From assembly GCF_009914755.1 (NCBI RefSeq), contig NC_060940.1: 64,000 bases of DNA, one strand, 5' to 3'. Positions 1-15,889 of this stretch are shown in pieces; position 1 is the stretch's first letter; the number at the start of each line of letters is the position of its first letter. Below the pieces are notes generated by a model. That model was not told the DNA's origin and searched no databases. It saw only the letters and a program-made list of their open reading frames with translations. The position numbers and the translations under genes are program-made. The DNA is from the human T2T-CHM13v2.0 reference genome, Homo sapiens.

Positions 1-2071
1 TTAGATGATGATACTATTTGAGCCCATCCAATGATTCCCTTCGATTCCATTCGATGAGGATTCCATTCGATTCAATTCATTGGTGATTCTATTCAATTCA
101 ATTCTTTGATTCCATTCCATTCCATTCGACAATGATTCCATTCGATTTCTTTCGATGATTCCACTCGATTCCACTTGACATTGATTCCATTCGATTCCAT
201 TCAATGATTCCATTTGATTCCAGTGGATGATGATTGCCATCGATTCCATTCGATCACTCCATTCTATTCCATTTGATGATGATTACATTCGATTCCATTT
301 GACGATTCCATCTGATTCTATTCGAGGATTCCATTTGATTCCATTCGATGATGATTCCATTCGAGTCCATTCGATGATTTCATTCGAGTACATCCAATGA
401 TTCCATTCGAGTCCATTTGATGATTCCATTTGATTCCATTTGATAATGATTCTACTAGAGTCCATTCAATGACTCCATTCGAGTCCATTCAACAATTCCA
501 TTCGACTCCATTTGATGATTCCATTCGATTCCATTTGATGATTCCATTCGAGTCCATTTAATCATTACAGTCAAGTCCATTTGGTGATTCCACCGGATTT
601 CTTTTGATAATGATACCATTCAATTACATTTGATGATGATCCCATTCAATTTCATTTGATGATGATTCCATTAGAGTCCATTCGATGATTTCATTCGAGT
701 CCCTTCATTGATTCCATCCGATTTCATTGGATGATGACTCCATTCGAGTCCATTCGATGATTCCACTCGATTCCATTAGATGATTCCATTGGAGTCCACT
801 TGATTGTTCCATTCGATTCCATTCGATTCCTTTCGAAGATTATTCCATTTGAGTCCATTCGATGATGATTCCATTCCATTCCATTCGATGATTCCGTTTG
901 ATTCCATTCGATGATTCCCTTCGATTCCTTTCTTTGATGATTCCATTCCATTCCATTCAATGATTCCATTCGAATCTATTCCATGATGATTCCTTTCGAT
1001 TCCATTCGCTGATGTTTCCGTTCAATTCCATTCGATGATGATTCCATTCGATTCCATTCATTAAGGATTCCATTTGATTCCATTCAATGATGATTCCGTT
1101 CTATTCCATTCAATGATTGCATTCAATTCCATTCAATGATTATCCCCTTAGAGTAAACTCAACGATTCCATTCAATACCATTCGATGATGATTCCTTTTG
1201 AGTCCATTCAATGATTTCATTCAAGTCCATTTGATGATTCCTTTCAATTCCATTCTATGATGATTCCATTCGAGTCCATTTGATGATTCCATTCGATTGC
1301 ATTCGATTATTCCATTATATTCCAGTCAACGATGATTCCATTCGAGCCCATTCGATGATTCCATTAGAGTACATTTAATGATTGCTTTGTTTTCAATTCG
1401 AAGATGATTACATTGGATTACATTCTATGATACCATTCGATTCCATTCAATGATGATTCCACTCAAATCCATTGGATGATTCCATTCGATTCCATTCGAT
1501 GATTCCATTCAATTCCATTCGATGATGATTCCATTCCAGTCCATATGATCATTCCATTTGATTTCATTCGATGATGATTCCATTCGATTCCATTCGATGA
1601 TTCCATTCTATTCCATTCGATGATGATTCCATTCGAGTCCATTCGATGATTCCATTCGAGTCCATTTAATGATTCCATTGGGTTCAATTCAATGATGATT
1701 ACATTGGATTCCGTTCTATGATTCCATTCAATTCCGTTCATTGACAATTTGATTCCATTCGATGATGATTCCATTTGAGTTCATTTGATGATTCTATTCG
1801 ATTCTCTTCGATGGTGATTCAATTCTATTATATTGGATGATTCCATTCGATTCCATTTGATGTTGATTCAATTCGATTCTATTCGATGATGATTCCATTG
1901 GATTTCACTTGATGATTCTATTCGATTCCATTCAATGATGATTCACTTCTCGTCCATTGGATGATTCCATTTCATTCCATTCGATGATGATTCCATTCGA
2001 TTCCTTTCGATGATTCCATTTGATTCCATGCGACGGTGAGCAATTCGATTCAATTCCATGATGATTCTACT

Positions 2072-2082
2072 TGATTCAATTA
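2072..2082 (-). promoter_or_regulatory. Candidate DUX4-type double-homeodomain motif TAATTGAATCA (representative of 11 copies)
   Basis: tgattcaatta on + matches the degenerate DUX4 consensus TAAYBBAATCA on -. It also starts at 13213, 23150, 28690, 36303, 40074, 43415, 49553, 55665, 59236 and 62882. This is a motif match only. Confidence 0.35.
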
Positions 2083-4726
2083 GATGATGTTTCCATTCGA
2101 ATCCATTCCATGATTATTCCATTGGAATCCATTCGGCGATGATTCCATATGAGTCAATTCAATGATGATTCCATATGGGTCCGTTCGATGATAATTCCAT
2201 TTGATTTCATTCGATGCTTTTATTCTATTCCAGTCGATGATGATTCCGTTGGAGTCCATACGATGATTCCATTTGATTTCATTTGATGATGATTCCATTC
2301 GATGATGATTACATTGGATTCCATTCTATGATTCCATTCAATTCCATTCGTTGATGATTCGATTCCATTCAATGATGATTCCATTTGAGTTCATTCGATG
2401 ATTCTATTCGATTCCGTTCGATGGTGATTCAATTCTCTTATATTGGATGATTCCACTCGATTCCATTTGATGATTATTCCATTGGAGTCCACTTAGTGAA
2501 TCCTTCAGATTCTACTCGAAGATGATTCCATTCGAGTCCATTCGATGATACCATTCAATTCCATTCGTTGATGCTTCCATTCAAGTGCATTCGATGATAT
2601 CATTCGATTCCATTTGATGATAATTCCATTTAATTCCATGCGATGATTCTATTCGATTCCATTCAATGATAATTCCATTCAATTCAGTGATTCCTCTGAA
2701 CTCCATTTGATGATGATTCCATTCAATGATTCCATTCGATTCTATTCCAAAATGATTCCATTTGAATCCATTTGATGATGATTCCATTAGATTCCATTTG
2801 ATGATTCCATTCGATTCCATTTGACGATGATTCCATTCGATTCCATTTGATGATTCCATTCTATTCTATTCGATGATGATTGCATTCGATTCCATTTGAT
2901 GATGATTGGATTCGATTCCATTTGATGATTTCATTTGATTCCATTCGTTAATGATTTCGATCAACTCCATTCGATGATTCCATTCGATTCCATTCGATAA
3001 TGATTACATCCGAGTCCATTCGATGATTCCATTTGAGCCCGTTCGATAATTCCATTTGAGTCCAATCAATGATTCCATTCATTTCCATTCAATGATTCCA
3101 TTCGAGTCCATTTGATCATTCCGGTAGGGTCCGTTCGATGTTGATTCCATTGGAGTGCATTCGATGATTCCATTCGAGTCCATTTTAGGATTTGATTCGA
3201 GTCCTTTCGATGATTCCATTCGATTCCACTCGATGATGATTTCATTCGAGTCCATTCGACACTTCCAATCGATTCCATTTGATGTTTCCATTCGAGTCCA
3301 ATTGATGATTCCATTCAATTCCATTCGATGATGATTCCGTACGATTCCATTCTGTGATGATTCCATGTGATTGCATTCAATGATGATTCCTTTCGATTGC
3401 ATTCGATTATGATTCATTTCGTGTTCATTCTATGGTTCCACAGGTTTCCATTCGATGACGTTTCCGTTCGTGTCCATTCCATTATTCCATTCTATTTCAT
3501 TTGATGATGATTCCATTCGATTCCATTCATTGGTGATTCCACTCAATTCCATTCAATGATTCCATTCCATTTCTTTCAACAGTGATTCCATTAGTTTCTA
3601 TTCGATGATCCACTTGATTCCATTTGGCGATGATTCCATTCGTGTCCATTCGATGATTCCATTTGATTCCATATGATGATGATCCCATTCGATTCCATAC
3701 CATGATGATTCCATTCGTGTCCATTCAATGGTGATTCCATTCAATTCCATTCGATGATTCCTTCCGATTCCATTCGATGATGATGGCATTCGATTCCTTT
3801 CAATCATTCCCTTTTATTCCATTCAAAGGTGATTTCATTCAAGTCCATTCGATAATTGCATTCGATTCCATTCTATGATGATTCCATTCGAGTCCATTTG
3901 ATGATTCCATTCAATTCAAGTCAATGATGATTCCATTCAATTCCACTCGATGATTCCATTGGATTCCATTCGATGATGATTCCATTCAAATCCATTCGAT
4001 AATTCAATTCAAGTCCATTCGATGATGATTCCAATCGAATCCATTCAAAGATTCCATTCAATTCCATTCGATGATGATTCCCTTAGATTCCATTCGATGA
4101 TTCCACTTGATTGCATTTACGATGATTCCATTCGATTCCATGTGATGAATCCATTCAATTCTATTCAATGATGTTTCCATTTGATTCCATTGGACCATGA
4201 TTGCCTTTGATTCCATTCAATGATTCCATTCGGTTCCATTTGATGATGATTCCGTTCGATTCCATTTGATGATTCCATTTGATTCCATTGGATGAGTCCA
4301 TTCGATTACATTCGATGATTATTCCATTCGAGTGCATTAGATGATTGCATTCGAGTCCATTCGATGATTCCATTCGATTCCATTCGATGTTGATTCTGTT
4401 CAAATCCATTCGATGATTCCACTCGATTCCATTCGATGACTCCATTTGATCCCATTCGATGATTTCCTGTGATTCCCTTTGATGATCATTCTATTTGATT
4501 CAATTCGGTGATTTCATTTCATTCCATTCAGTGATGTTTCCATTCGACTGTATTCGATGATGATTCCATTCGACTCCATTCGATTATGATTTCATTCAAT
4601 TCCATTCAATAATGATTCCCTTCGAGTCCATTCGATGATTCCATTCGATTCCATTCAACGATGATTTGATTCGTTTCCATTCGATGATTCCATTTGATTC
4701 CACTTGATGATGATTCCATTCGAGTC

Positions 4727-6552
4727 TATTTATGTATTATATTCGTGTCCACTTCATGATTCCATTCAATTCCATTTAATGTTGATTCCATTTGATTCCA
4801 TTTGATGATTCAGTTCGATTCCTTGCAATGATTCCCTACGATTCCTTTCTCTGATGATTCCATTCGATTCCATTCATTGATGATTTCATTCGACTCCATT
4901 CGATGATGATTCCTTTCGATTCCATTTGACGATGTTTCCATTCGAGTCCATTCGATGATGATTCTATTCAATTGTGTTCTATTATGATTCCATTCGATTT
5001 CATTCAATGCTTCTATTTGATTCCATTCGATGATGATTCCATCTCTTTCCCTTCGATGATTCCATTTGATTCCATTCAGTGATGATTCCATTTGATTCCA
5101 TCTGATGATGATTTCACTTGATTCCTTTCAATGATGATTCAATTCAAGTCCATTCGATGATTCCATTGGAGTCCAAACGATCATTCCGTTCGATTCCATT
5201 CAATGGTGATTCCATTCATGTCCATTCGATGAATCCATTCAATTCCATTCGATGATGACTCCATTCGAGTACATTCGATGATTCCATTTGATTCCATTTG
5301 AAGATGATTCCATTCAATTCCATTCGAAGATGATTCCATTCAATTCCATTCGATGATGATTCCGTATGAATCCATTCTCTGATTATTCCATTCGATTCCA
5401 TTCATTGACGATTCCATTCAATTCCATTCAATGATGATTCTCTTCTATTCCATTCGATGATTCCGGTCGATTCCATTCGATGATGATTCCATTAGATTCC
5501 ATTCGATTGTTGCATTCGATTCCCTTCGATGATGATTCCTTTGAATTCCATTCGATTATCATTCCGTATGAATTCATTTGATGATTATTCCATTGGATTC
5601 CTTTCGATGATGATTCCATTCGATTCCATTTGATGATGTTTCTCTTGTATTCCATTGGATAATTCCTTTCAGTTCCCTTCGATGATTATTCTTTCGAGTC
5701 AATTCGATGATTCTATTCCATTCCCTTCGATGATGATTCCATTTCACTCCATTGGATGATTCCATTCGACTCAATTTGGTGATGATTCAATTCGATGACA
5801 TTCGATGACTCCATTCAATTTCATTTGATGATGATTACATTCGAGTCCATTTGATGATTGTATTCCTTTCCTTTTGATGATTATTCCATTCGTGTCTATT
5901 CAAAGATTCCATTCTATTCCATTCAATGATGATTGCATTTGAATCCATTCAATGATTATGGCTATCGATTCCACTCGTTGATTCCATTTGATTCCGTTCG
6001 AGGATTATTCCGTTAGATTCCATTAGAAGATTCCATTCGATTTTATTCAATGATTCCAATGGATTCCATTCAATGATGATTCCATTCGACTCCATTCAGT
6101 GATTCCATTCGAGTCCATTTGATGATTCCATTCTTTTCCATTTGATGATGATTCCATTAGGGTCCATTCAATGATTCCATTCGAGTCCATTCGTTAACGC
6201 CTTTAGAGTCCTTTTGATCACTACATTCGAGTCCATTCAATGATTCTATTCGATTCCATTCGATGATGATTCCATTCGAGTTCATTCGATGATTGCATTC
6301 GAGTCCATTTGAAGATTCCAAATGATTCCATTCGACAATGATTCCATTCGTGTCCATTTGATGATTCCATTCATTTCCTATCGATGAAGATTCCATTCAA
6401 GTGTATTCGATGATTCCATTCAAATCCATTCGATGATGATTCCATTCCAGTCCATTCGATCATTCCACTTGATTCCATTTGATGACTATTCCATTCAAAT
6501 CCATTTGATGATTCCATTCGATTCCATTCGATGTTACCATTCGAGTATATAC
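4727..6552 (+). repeat. Non-canonical ~1.8-kb HSat2 cassette, copy 1
   Basis: Begins tatttatgtattatattcg and ends gttaccattcgagtatatacg. It contains words (tccgtatgaatcc, ttccggtcg, atggctatcg, ttagggtcc) that I did not find in the 6,112-bp unit. Confidence 0.85.
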
Positions 6553-9254
6553 GATGATTCCACTCGATTCCATTTGATGATTATTCCATTGGAGTCCACT
6601 TAGTGAATCCTTTAGATTCTACTCGAAGATGATTCCATTCGAGTCCATTCGATGATACCATTCAATTCCATTCGTTGATGCTTCCATTCAAGTGCATTCG
6701 ATGATATCATTCGATTCCATTTGATGATAATTCCATTTGATTCCATGCGATGATTCTATTCGATTCCATTCAATGATAATTCCATTCAATTCAGTGAATC
6801 CTCTGGACTCCATTTGATGATGATTCCATTCAATGATTCCATTCGATTCTATTCGAAAATGATTCCATTTGAATCCATTTGATGATTATTCCGTTGGATT
6901 CCATTTGATGATTCCATTCGATTCCATTCGATGATGATTCCATTCGATTCCATTTGATGATTCCATTCTATTGTATTCGATGATGATTCCATTCGATTAC
7001 ATTCGATGATGATTGGATTCGATTCCATTTGATGATTTCATTTGATTCCATTCGATAATGATTTTGATCAATTCCATTCGATGATTCCATTCGATTCCAT
7101 TCGATAATCATTACATCCGAGTCCATTCGATGATTCCATTTGAGCCCGTTCGATAATTCCATTTGAGTCTAATCAATGATTCCATTCATTTCCATTCAGT
7201 GATTCCATTCGAGTCCATTTGATCATTCCGGTAGGGTCCGTTCGATGTTGATTCCATTGGAGTGCATTCGATGATTCCATTCGAGTCCATTTTAGGATTT
7301 GATTCGAGTCCTTTCGATGATTCCATTCGATTCCACTCGATGATTTCATTCGAGTCCATTCGACACTTCCAATCGATTCCATTTGATGTTTCCATTCGAG
7401 TCCAATTGATGATTCCATTCAATTCCATTCGATGATGATTCCGTACGATTCCATTCTGTGATGATTCCATGTGATTGCATTCATTGATGATTCCTTTCGA
7501 TTGCATTCGATTATGATTCATTTCGTGTTCATTCTATGGTTCCACAGGTTTCCATTCGTGTCCATTCCATTATTCCATTCTATTCCATTTGATGATGATT
7601 CCATTCGATTCCATTCATTGGTGATTCCACTCAATTCCATTCAATGATTCCATTCCATTTCTTTCAACAATGATTCCATTAGTTTCTAATCGATGATCCA
7701 CTTGATTCCATTTGACGACGATTCCATTCTTGTCCATTCGATGATTCCATTTGATTCCATACGATGATGATTCCATTCGATTCCATACGATGATGATTCC
7801 ATTCGAGTCCATTCAATGGTGATTCCATTCAATTCCATTCGGTGATTCCTTTCGATTCCATTCGATGATGATGGCATTCGATTCCTTTCAATCATTCCAT
7901 TTGATTACATTCAAAGGTGATTTCATTCAAGTCCATTCGATAATTGCATTCGATTCCATTCTATGAGGATTCCATTCGAGTCCATTTGATGATTCCATTC
8001 AATTCAAGTCAATGATGATTCCATTCGATTCCATTCGATGATTCCATTGGATTCCATTCGATGATGATTCCATTCAAATCCATTCGATAATTCAATTCAA
8101 GTCCATTCGATGATGATTCCAATCGAATCCATTCAAAGATTCCATTCAGTTCCATTCGATGATTCCCTTAGATTCCATTCGATGATTCCACTTGATTCCA
8201 TTTACGATGATTCCATTCGATTCCATGTGATGATTCCATTCAATTCTATTCAATGCTTTTTCCATTTGATTCCATTCGACCATGATTGACTTTGATTCCA
8301 TTCAATGATTCCATTCGGTTCCTTTTGATGATGATTCCTTTCGATTCCATTTGATGATTCCACTGGATTCCATTGGATGAGTCCATTCCATTACATTCGA
8401 TGATTATTCCATTCGAGTGCATTAGATGATTCCATTCGAGTCCATTCGATGATTCCATTCGATTCCATTCGATGTCGATTCTGTTCAAATCCATTCGATG
8501 ATTCCACTCGATTCCATTCGATGACTCTAGTTGATCCCATTCGATGATTTCCTTTGATTCCCTTTGATGATCATTCCATTTGATTCAATTCGGTGATTTC
8601 ATTGGATTCCATTCAGTGATGTTTCCATTCGACTCCATTCGATGATGATTCCATTCGACTCCATTCGATTATGATTTCATTCAATTCCATTCGATAATGA
8701 TTCCCTTCGAGTCCATTCGATGATTCCATTCGATTCCATTCAACGATGATTTGATTCGTGTCCATTCGATGATTCCATTTGATTCCACTTGATGATGATT
8801 CCATTCGAGTCCATTTGATGACTCCATTCAATTCCATTCTCCGATGATTTCTTTTGAGCCCATTCAATGCTTCCGCTCGATTCCATATGATGATGACTCC
8901 ATTCGATGAAATTCGATGATGATTCCATTCGCTTGCATTCGATGATGATTCTACTTGAGTCCGTTAGAAGATTCTATTCAATTACATTCCATGACGATTC
9001 CCTTCGAGTCCATTTGATTATTCCATTAGACTCCATTCGACGATGATTCCATTCGATGTTATTCGATGATTCCATTCGATCTCATTCGATGATGATTCCA
9101 TTCAACTCCATTCGATGTTTCCATTCGAGTTCATTCTATTATTCCATTAGATTCCATTCGATGATGATTCCATTCGATTCCATTTGATGATTGCATTCTA
9201 TTTCATTTGATGATGATTCCATTCGAGTCCACTCGATGATTCCATTCGAGTCCA

Positions 9255-12200
9255 TTTGATGATTCCATTCGAGTCCATTTAATCATTACAGTCGAGTCCA
9301 TTTGGTGATTCCACTGGATTTCTTTTGATAATGATACCATTCAATTACATTTAATGATGATCCCATTCAATTTCATTTGATGATGATTCCATTAGAGTCC
9401 ATTCCATGATTTCATTCGAGTCCCTTCATTGATTCCATCCGATTTCATTGGATGATGACTCCATTCGAGTCCATTCGATGATTCCACTCGATTCCATTAG
9501 ATGATTCCATTGGAGTCCATTTGATTGTTCCATTCGATTCCATTCGATTCCTTTCGAAGATTATTCCATTTGAGTCCATTCGATGATGATTCCATTCCAT
9601 TCCATTCGATGATTCCGTTTGATTCCATTCGATGATTCCCTTCGATTCCTTTCTTTGATGATTCCATTCCATTCCATTCAATGATTCCATTCGAATCTAT
9701 TCCATGATGATTCCTTTCGATTCCATTCGCTGATGTTTCCGTTCAATTCCATTCGATGATGATTCCATTCGATTCCATTCATTGAGGATTCCATTTGATT
9801 CCATTAAATGATGATTCCGTTCTATTCCATTCAATGATTGCATTCAATTCCATTCAATGATTATCCCATTAGAGTAAACTCAACGATTCCATTCAATACC
9901 ATTCGATGATGATTCCTTTTGAGTCCATTCAATGATTTCATTCAAGTCCATTTGATGATTCCTTTCAATTCCATTCTATGATGATTCCATTCGAGTCCAT
10001 TCGATGATTCCATTCGATTGCATTCGATGATTCCATTATATTCCATTCAATGATGATTCCATTCGAGTCCATTCGATCTTTCCACTAGAGTACATTTATT
10101 GATTGCTTTGTTTTCAATTCGAAGATGATTACATTGGATTCCATTCTATGATACCATTCGATTCCATTCAATGATGATTCCACTCAAATCCATTGGATGA
10201 TTCCATTCGTGTCCATTCGGTGATTTCATTAGATTCCATTCGAGGATGATTCCATTCGATTCCATTCGATGATTCCATTCAATTCCATTCGATGATGATT
10301 CCATTCCAGTCCATATGATCATTCCATTTGATTTCATTCGATGATGATTCCATTCGATTCCATTCGATGATTCCATTCTATTCCATTCGATGATGATTCC
10401 ATTCGAGTCCATTCGATGATTGCATTCGAGTCCATTTAATGATTCCATTGAGTTCAATTCAATGATGATTACATTGGATTCCGTTCTATGATTCCATTCA
10501 ATTCCGTTCATTGACAATTTGATTCCATTCGATGATGATTCCATTTGAGTTCATTCGATGATTCTATTCGATTCTCTTCGATGGTGATTCAATTCTATTA
10601 TATTGGATGATTCCATTCGATTCCATTTGATGTTGATTCAATTCGATTCTATTCGATGATGATTCCATTGGATTTCACTTGATGATTCTATTCGATTCCA
10701 TTCAATGATGATTCACTTCTCGTCCATTGGATGATTCCATTTCATTCCATTCGATGAAGATTCCATAAGAGACCATTCGATGATTCTATTCGAATCCATT
10801 TGATGATTTCTTTTGATTATATTTGGTGATGATTCCATTGGAGTCCATTCAATGATTCCATTCGATTCCAATCGATGGTGATTCCATTAGAGTCCATTTA
10901 ATGATTCCATTTGATTCCAGTCTCTGATGATTACATTCGAGTCCATACGATGATTCCACTCAATTCCATATGATGATGATTCCATTCGATTCCATTCGAT
11001 GATTCCATTCTATTCTATTCAATGGTGATTCCATTCGAGTACATTAGATGATTCCATTCGATTCCATTCAATGATGATTCTATTTGTGTCCCTTAGATGA
11101 TTCCACATGATTCCATTAGATGATGATACTATTTCAGCCCATCCAATGATTCCCTTCGATTCCATTCGATGAGGATTCCATTCGATTCAATTCATTGGTG
11201 ATTCTATTCAATTCAATTCTTTGATTCCATTCCATTCCATTCGACAATGATTCCATTCGATTTCTTTCGATGATTCCACTCGATTCCACTTGACATTGAT
11301 TCCCTTCGATTCCATTCAATGATTCCATTTGATTCCAGTGGATGATGATTGCCATCGATTCCATTCGATCACTCCATTCTATTCCATTTGATGATGATTA
11401 CATTCGATTCCATTTGACGATTCCATCTGATTCTATTCGAGGATTCCATTTGATTCCATTCGATGATGATTCCATTCGAGTCCATTCGATGATTTCATTC
11501 GAGTACATCCAATGATTCCATTTGAGTCCATTTGATGATTCCATTTGATTCCATTTCATAATGATTCTACTAGAGTCCAGTCAATGACTCCATTGGAGTC
11601 CATTCAACACTTCCATTCGAATCCATTTGATGATTCCATTCGAGTCCATTTAATCATTACAGTCGAGTCCATTTGGTGATTCCACTGGATTTCTTTAGAT
11701 AATGATACCATTCAATTACATTTGATGATGATCCCATTCAATTTCATTTGATGATGATTCCATTAGAGTCCATTCCATGATTTCATTCGAGTCCCTTCAT
11801 TGATTCCATCCGATTTCATTGGATGATGACTCCATTCGAGTCCATTCGATGATTCCACTCGATTCCATTAGATGATTCCATTGGAGTCCATTTGATTGTT
11901 CCATTCGATTCCATTCGATTCCTTTCGAAGATTATTCCATTTGAGTCCATTCGATGATGATTCCATTCCATTCCATTCGATGATTCCGTTTGATTCCATT
12001 CGATGAATCCCTTCGATTCCTTTCTTTGATGATTCCATTCCATTCCATTCAATGATTCCATTCGAATCTATTCCATGATGATTCCTTTCGATTCCATTCG
12101 CTGATGTTTCCGTTCAATTCCATTCGATGATGATTCCATTCGATTCCATTCATTGAGGATTCCATTTGATTCCATTCAATGATGTTTCCGTTCTATTCCA

Positions 12201-13125
12201 TTCAATGATTGCATTCAATTCCATTCAATGATTATCCCCTTAGAGTAAACTCAACGATTCCATTCAATACCATTCGATGATGATTCCTTTTGTGTCCATT
12301 CAATGATTTCATTCAAGTCCATTTGATGATTCCTTTCAATTCCATTCTATGATGATTCCATTCGAGTCCATTCGATGATTCCATTCGATTGCATTTGATG
12401 ATTCCATTATATTCCAGTCAACGATGATTCCATTCGAGTCCATTCGATGATTCCATTAGAGTACATTTAATGATTGCTTTGTTTTCAATTCGAAGATGAT
12501 TACATTGGATTCCATTCTATGATACCATTCGATTCCATTCAATGATGATTCCACTCAAATCCATTGGATGATTCCATTCGTGTCCATTCGGTGATTTCAT
12601 TAGATTCCATTCGAGGATGATTCCATTCGATTCCATTCGATGATTCCATTCAATTCCATTCGATGATGATTCCATTCCAGTCCATATGATCATTCCATTT
12701 GATTTCATTCGATGATGATTCCATTCGATTCCATTCGATGATTCCATTCTATTCCATTCGATGATGATTCCATTCGAGTCCATTCGATGATTCCATTCGA
12801 GTCCATTTAATGATTCTATTGGGTTCAATTCAATGATGATTACATTGGATTCCGTTCTATGATTCCATTCAATTCCGTTCATTGACAATTTGATTCCATT
12901 CGATGATGATTCCATTTGAGTTCATTCGATGATTCTATTCGATTCTCTTCGATGGTGATTCAATTCTATTATATTGGATGATTCCATTCGATTCCATTTG
13001 ATGTTGATTCAATTCGATTCTATTCGATGATGATTCCATTGGATTTCACTTGATGATTCTATTCGATTCCATTCAATGATGATTCACTTCTCGTCCATTG
13101 GATGATTCCATTTCATTCCATTCGA
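9255..13125 (+). repeat. ~1.5-kb segment repeated at 2,371-bp spacing
   Basis: 9690/12061 and 10544/12915 both equal 2,371, with a back-jump junction at ~10750-10775. Confidence 0.85.
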
Positions 13126-15889
13126 TGATGATTCCATTCGATTCCATTCGATGATTCCATTTGATTCCATGCGACGGTGAGCAATTCGATTCAATTCCAT
13201 GATGATTCTATTTGATTCAATTAGATGATGTTTCCATTCGAATCCATTCCATGATTATTCCATTGGAATCCATTCGGCGATGATTCCATATGAGTCAATT
13301 CAATGATCATTCCATATGGGTCCGTTCGATGATAATTCCATTTGATTTCATTCGATGCTTCTATTCAATTCCAGTCGATGATGATTCCGTTGGAGTCCAT
13401 ACGATGATTCCATTTGATTTCATTTGATGATGATTCCATTCGATGATGATTACATTGGATTCCATTCTATGATTCCATTCAATTCCATTCGTTGATGATT
13501 CGATTCCATTCAATGATGATTCCATTTGAGTTCATTCGATGATTCTATTCGATTCCGTTCGATGGTGATTCAATTCTATTATATTGGATGATTCCACTCG
13601 ATTCCATTTGATGATTATTCCATTGGAGTCCACTTAGTGAATCCTTTAGATTCTACTCGAAGATGATTCCATTCGAGTCCATTCGATGATACCATTCAAT
13701 TTCATTCGTTGATGCTTCCATTCAAGTGCATTCGATGATATCATTCGATTCCATTTGATGATAATTCCATTTGATTCCATGCGATGATTCTATTCGATTC
13801 CATTCAATGATAATTCCATTCAATTCAGTGATTCCTCTGGACTCCATTTGATGATGATTCCATTCAATGATTCCATTCGATTCTATTCCAAAATGATTCC
13901 ATTTGAATCCATTTGATGATGATTCCATTAGATTCCATTTGATGATTCCATTCGATTGCATTTGACGATGATTCCATTCGATTCCATTTGATGATTCCAT
14001 TCTATTCTATTCGATGATGATTCCATTCGATTCCATTTGATGATGATTGGATTCGATTCCATTTGATGATTTCATTTGATTCCATTCGTTAATGATTTCG
14101 ATCAACTCCATTCGATGATTCCATTTGATTCCATTCGATAATGATTACATCCGAGTCCATTCGATGATTCCATTTGAGCCCGTTCGATAATTCCATTTGA
14201 GTCCAATCTATGATTCCATTCATTTCCATTCAATGATTCCATTCGAGTCCATTTGATCATTCTGGTAGGGTCCGTTCGATGTTGATTCCATTGGAGTGCA
14301 TTCGATGATTCCATTCGAGTCCATTTTATGATTTGATTCGAGTCCTTTCGATGATTCCATTCGATTCCACTCGATGATGATTTCATTCGAGTCCATTCGA
14401 CACTTCCAATCGATTCCATTTGATGTTTCCATTCGAGTCCAATTGATGATTCCATTCAATTCCATTCGATGATGATTCCGTACGATTCCATTCTGTGATG
14501 ATTCCATGTGATTGCATTCCATGATGATTCCTTTCGATTGCATTCGATTATGATTCATTTCGTGTTCATTCTATGGTTCCACAGGTTTCCATTCGATGAC
14601 GTTTCCGTTCGTGTCCATTCCATTATTCCATTCTATTTCATTTGATGATGATTCCATTCGATTCCATTCATTGGTGATTCCACTGAATTCCATTCAATGA
14701 TTCCATTCCATTTCTTTCAACAATGATTCCATTAGTTTCTATTCGATGATCCACTTGATTCCATTTGGCGATGATTCCATTCGTGTCCATTCGATGATTC
14801 CATTTGATTCCATATGATGATGATTCCATTCGATTCCATACCATGATGATTCCATTCGAGTCCTTTCAATGGTGATTCCATTCAATTCCATTCGATGATT
14901 CCTTCCGATTCCATTCGATGATGATGGCATTCGATTCCTTTCAATCATTCCCTTTCATTCCATTCAAAGGTGATTTCATTCAAGTCCATTCGATAATTGC
15001 ATTCGATTCCATTCTATGATGATTCCATTCGAGTCCATTTGATGATTCCATTCAATTCAAGTCAATGATGATTCCATTCGATTCCACTCGATGATTCCAT
15101 TGGATTCCATTCGATGATGATTCCATTCAAATCCATTCGATAATTCAATTCAAGTCCATTTGATGATGATTCCAATCGAATCCATTCAAAGATTCCATTC
15201 AATTCCATTCGATGATGATTCCCTTAGATTCCATTCGATGATTCCACTTGATTCCATTTACGATGATTCCATTCGATTCCATGTGATGAATCCATTCAAT
15301 TCTATTCAATGATGTTTCCATTTGATTCCATTGGACCATGATTGCCTTTGATTCCATTCAATGATTCCATTCGGTTCCATTTGATGATGGTTCCGTTCGA
15401 TTCCATTTGATGATTCCATTTGATTCCATTGGATGAGTCCATTCGATTACATTCGATGATTATTCCATTCGAGTGCATTAGATGATTGCATTCGAGTCCA
15501 TTCGATGATTCCATTCGATTCCATTAGATGTTGATTCTGTTCAAATCCATTCGATGATTCCACTCGATTCCAATCGATGACTCCATTTGATCCCATTCGA
15601 TGATTTCCTGTGATTCCCTTTGATGATCATTCTATTTGATTCAATTCGGTGATTTCATTTCATTCCATTCAGTGATGTTTCCATTCGACTGTATTCGATG
15701 ATGATTCCATTCGACTCCATTCGATTATGATTTCATTCAATTCCATTCAATAATGATTCCCTTCGAGTCCATTCGATGATTCCATTCGATTCCATTCAAC
15801 GATGATTTGATTCGTTTCCATTCGATGATTCCATTTGATTCCACTTGATGATGATTCCATTCGAGTCCATTTGATGATTCCATTCGAGT

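Noticed and set aside
4727-4760. AT-rich tatttatgtattatattcg as a TATA box or transposon end
   Set aside because: It is alignable as a decayed satellite monomer. There is no target-site duplication, poly(A) tail, terminal repeat or non-satellite sequence.
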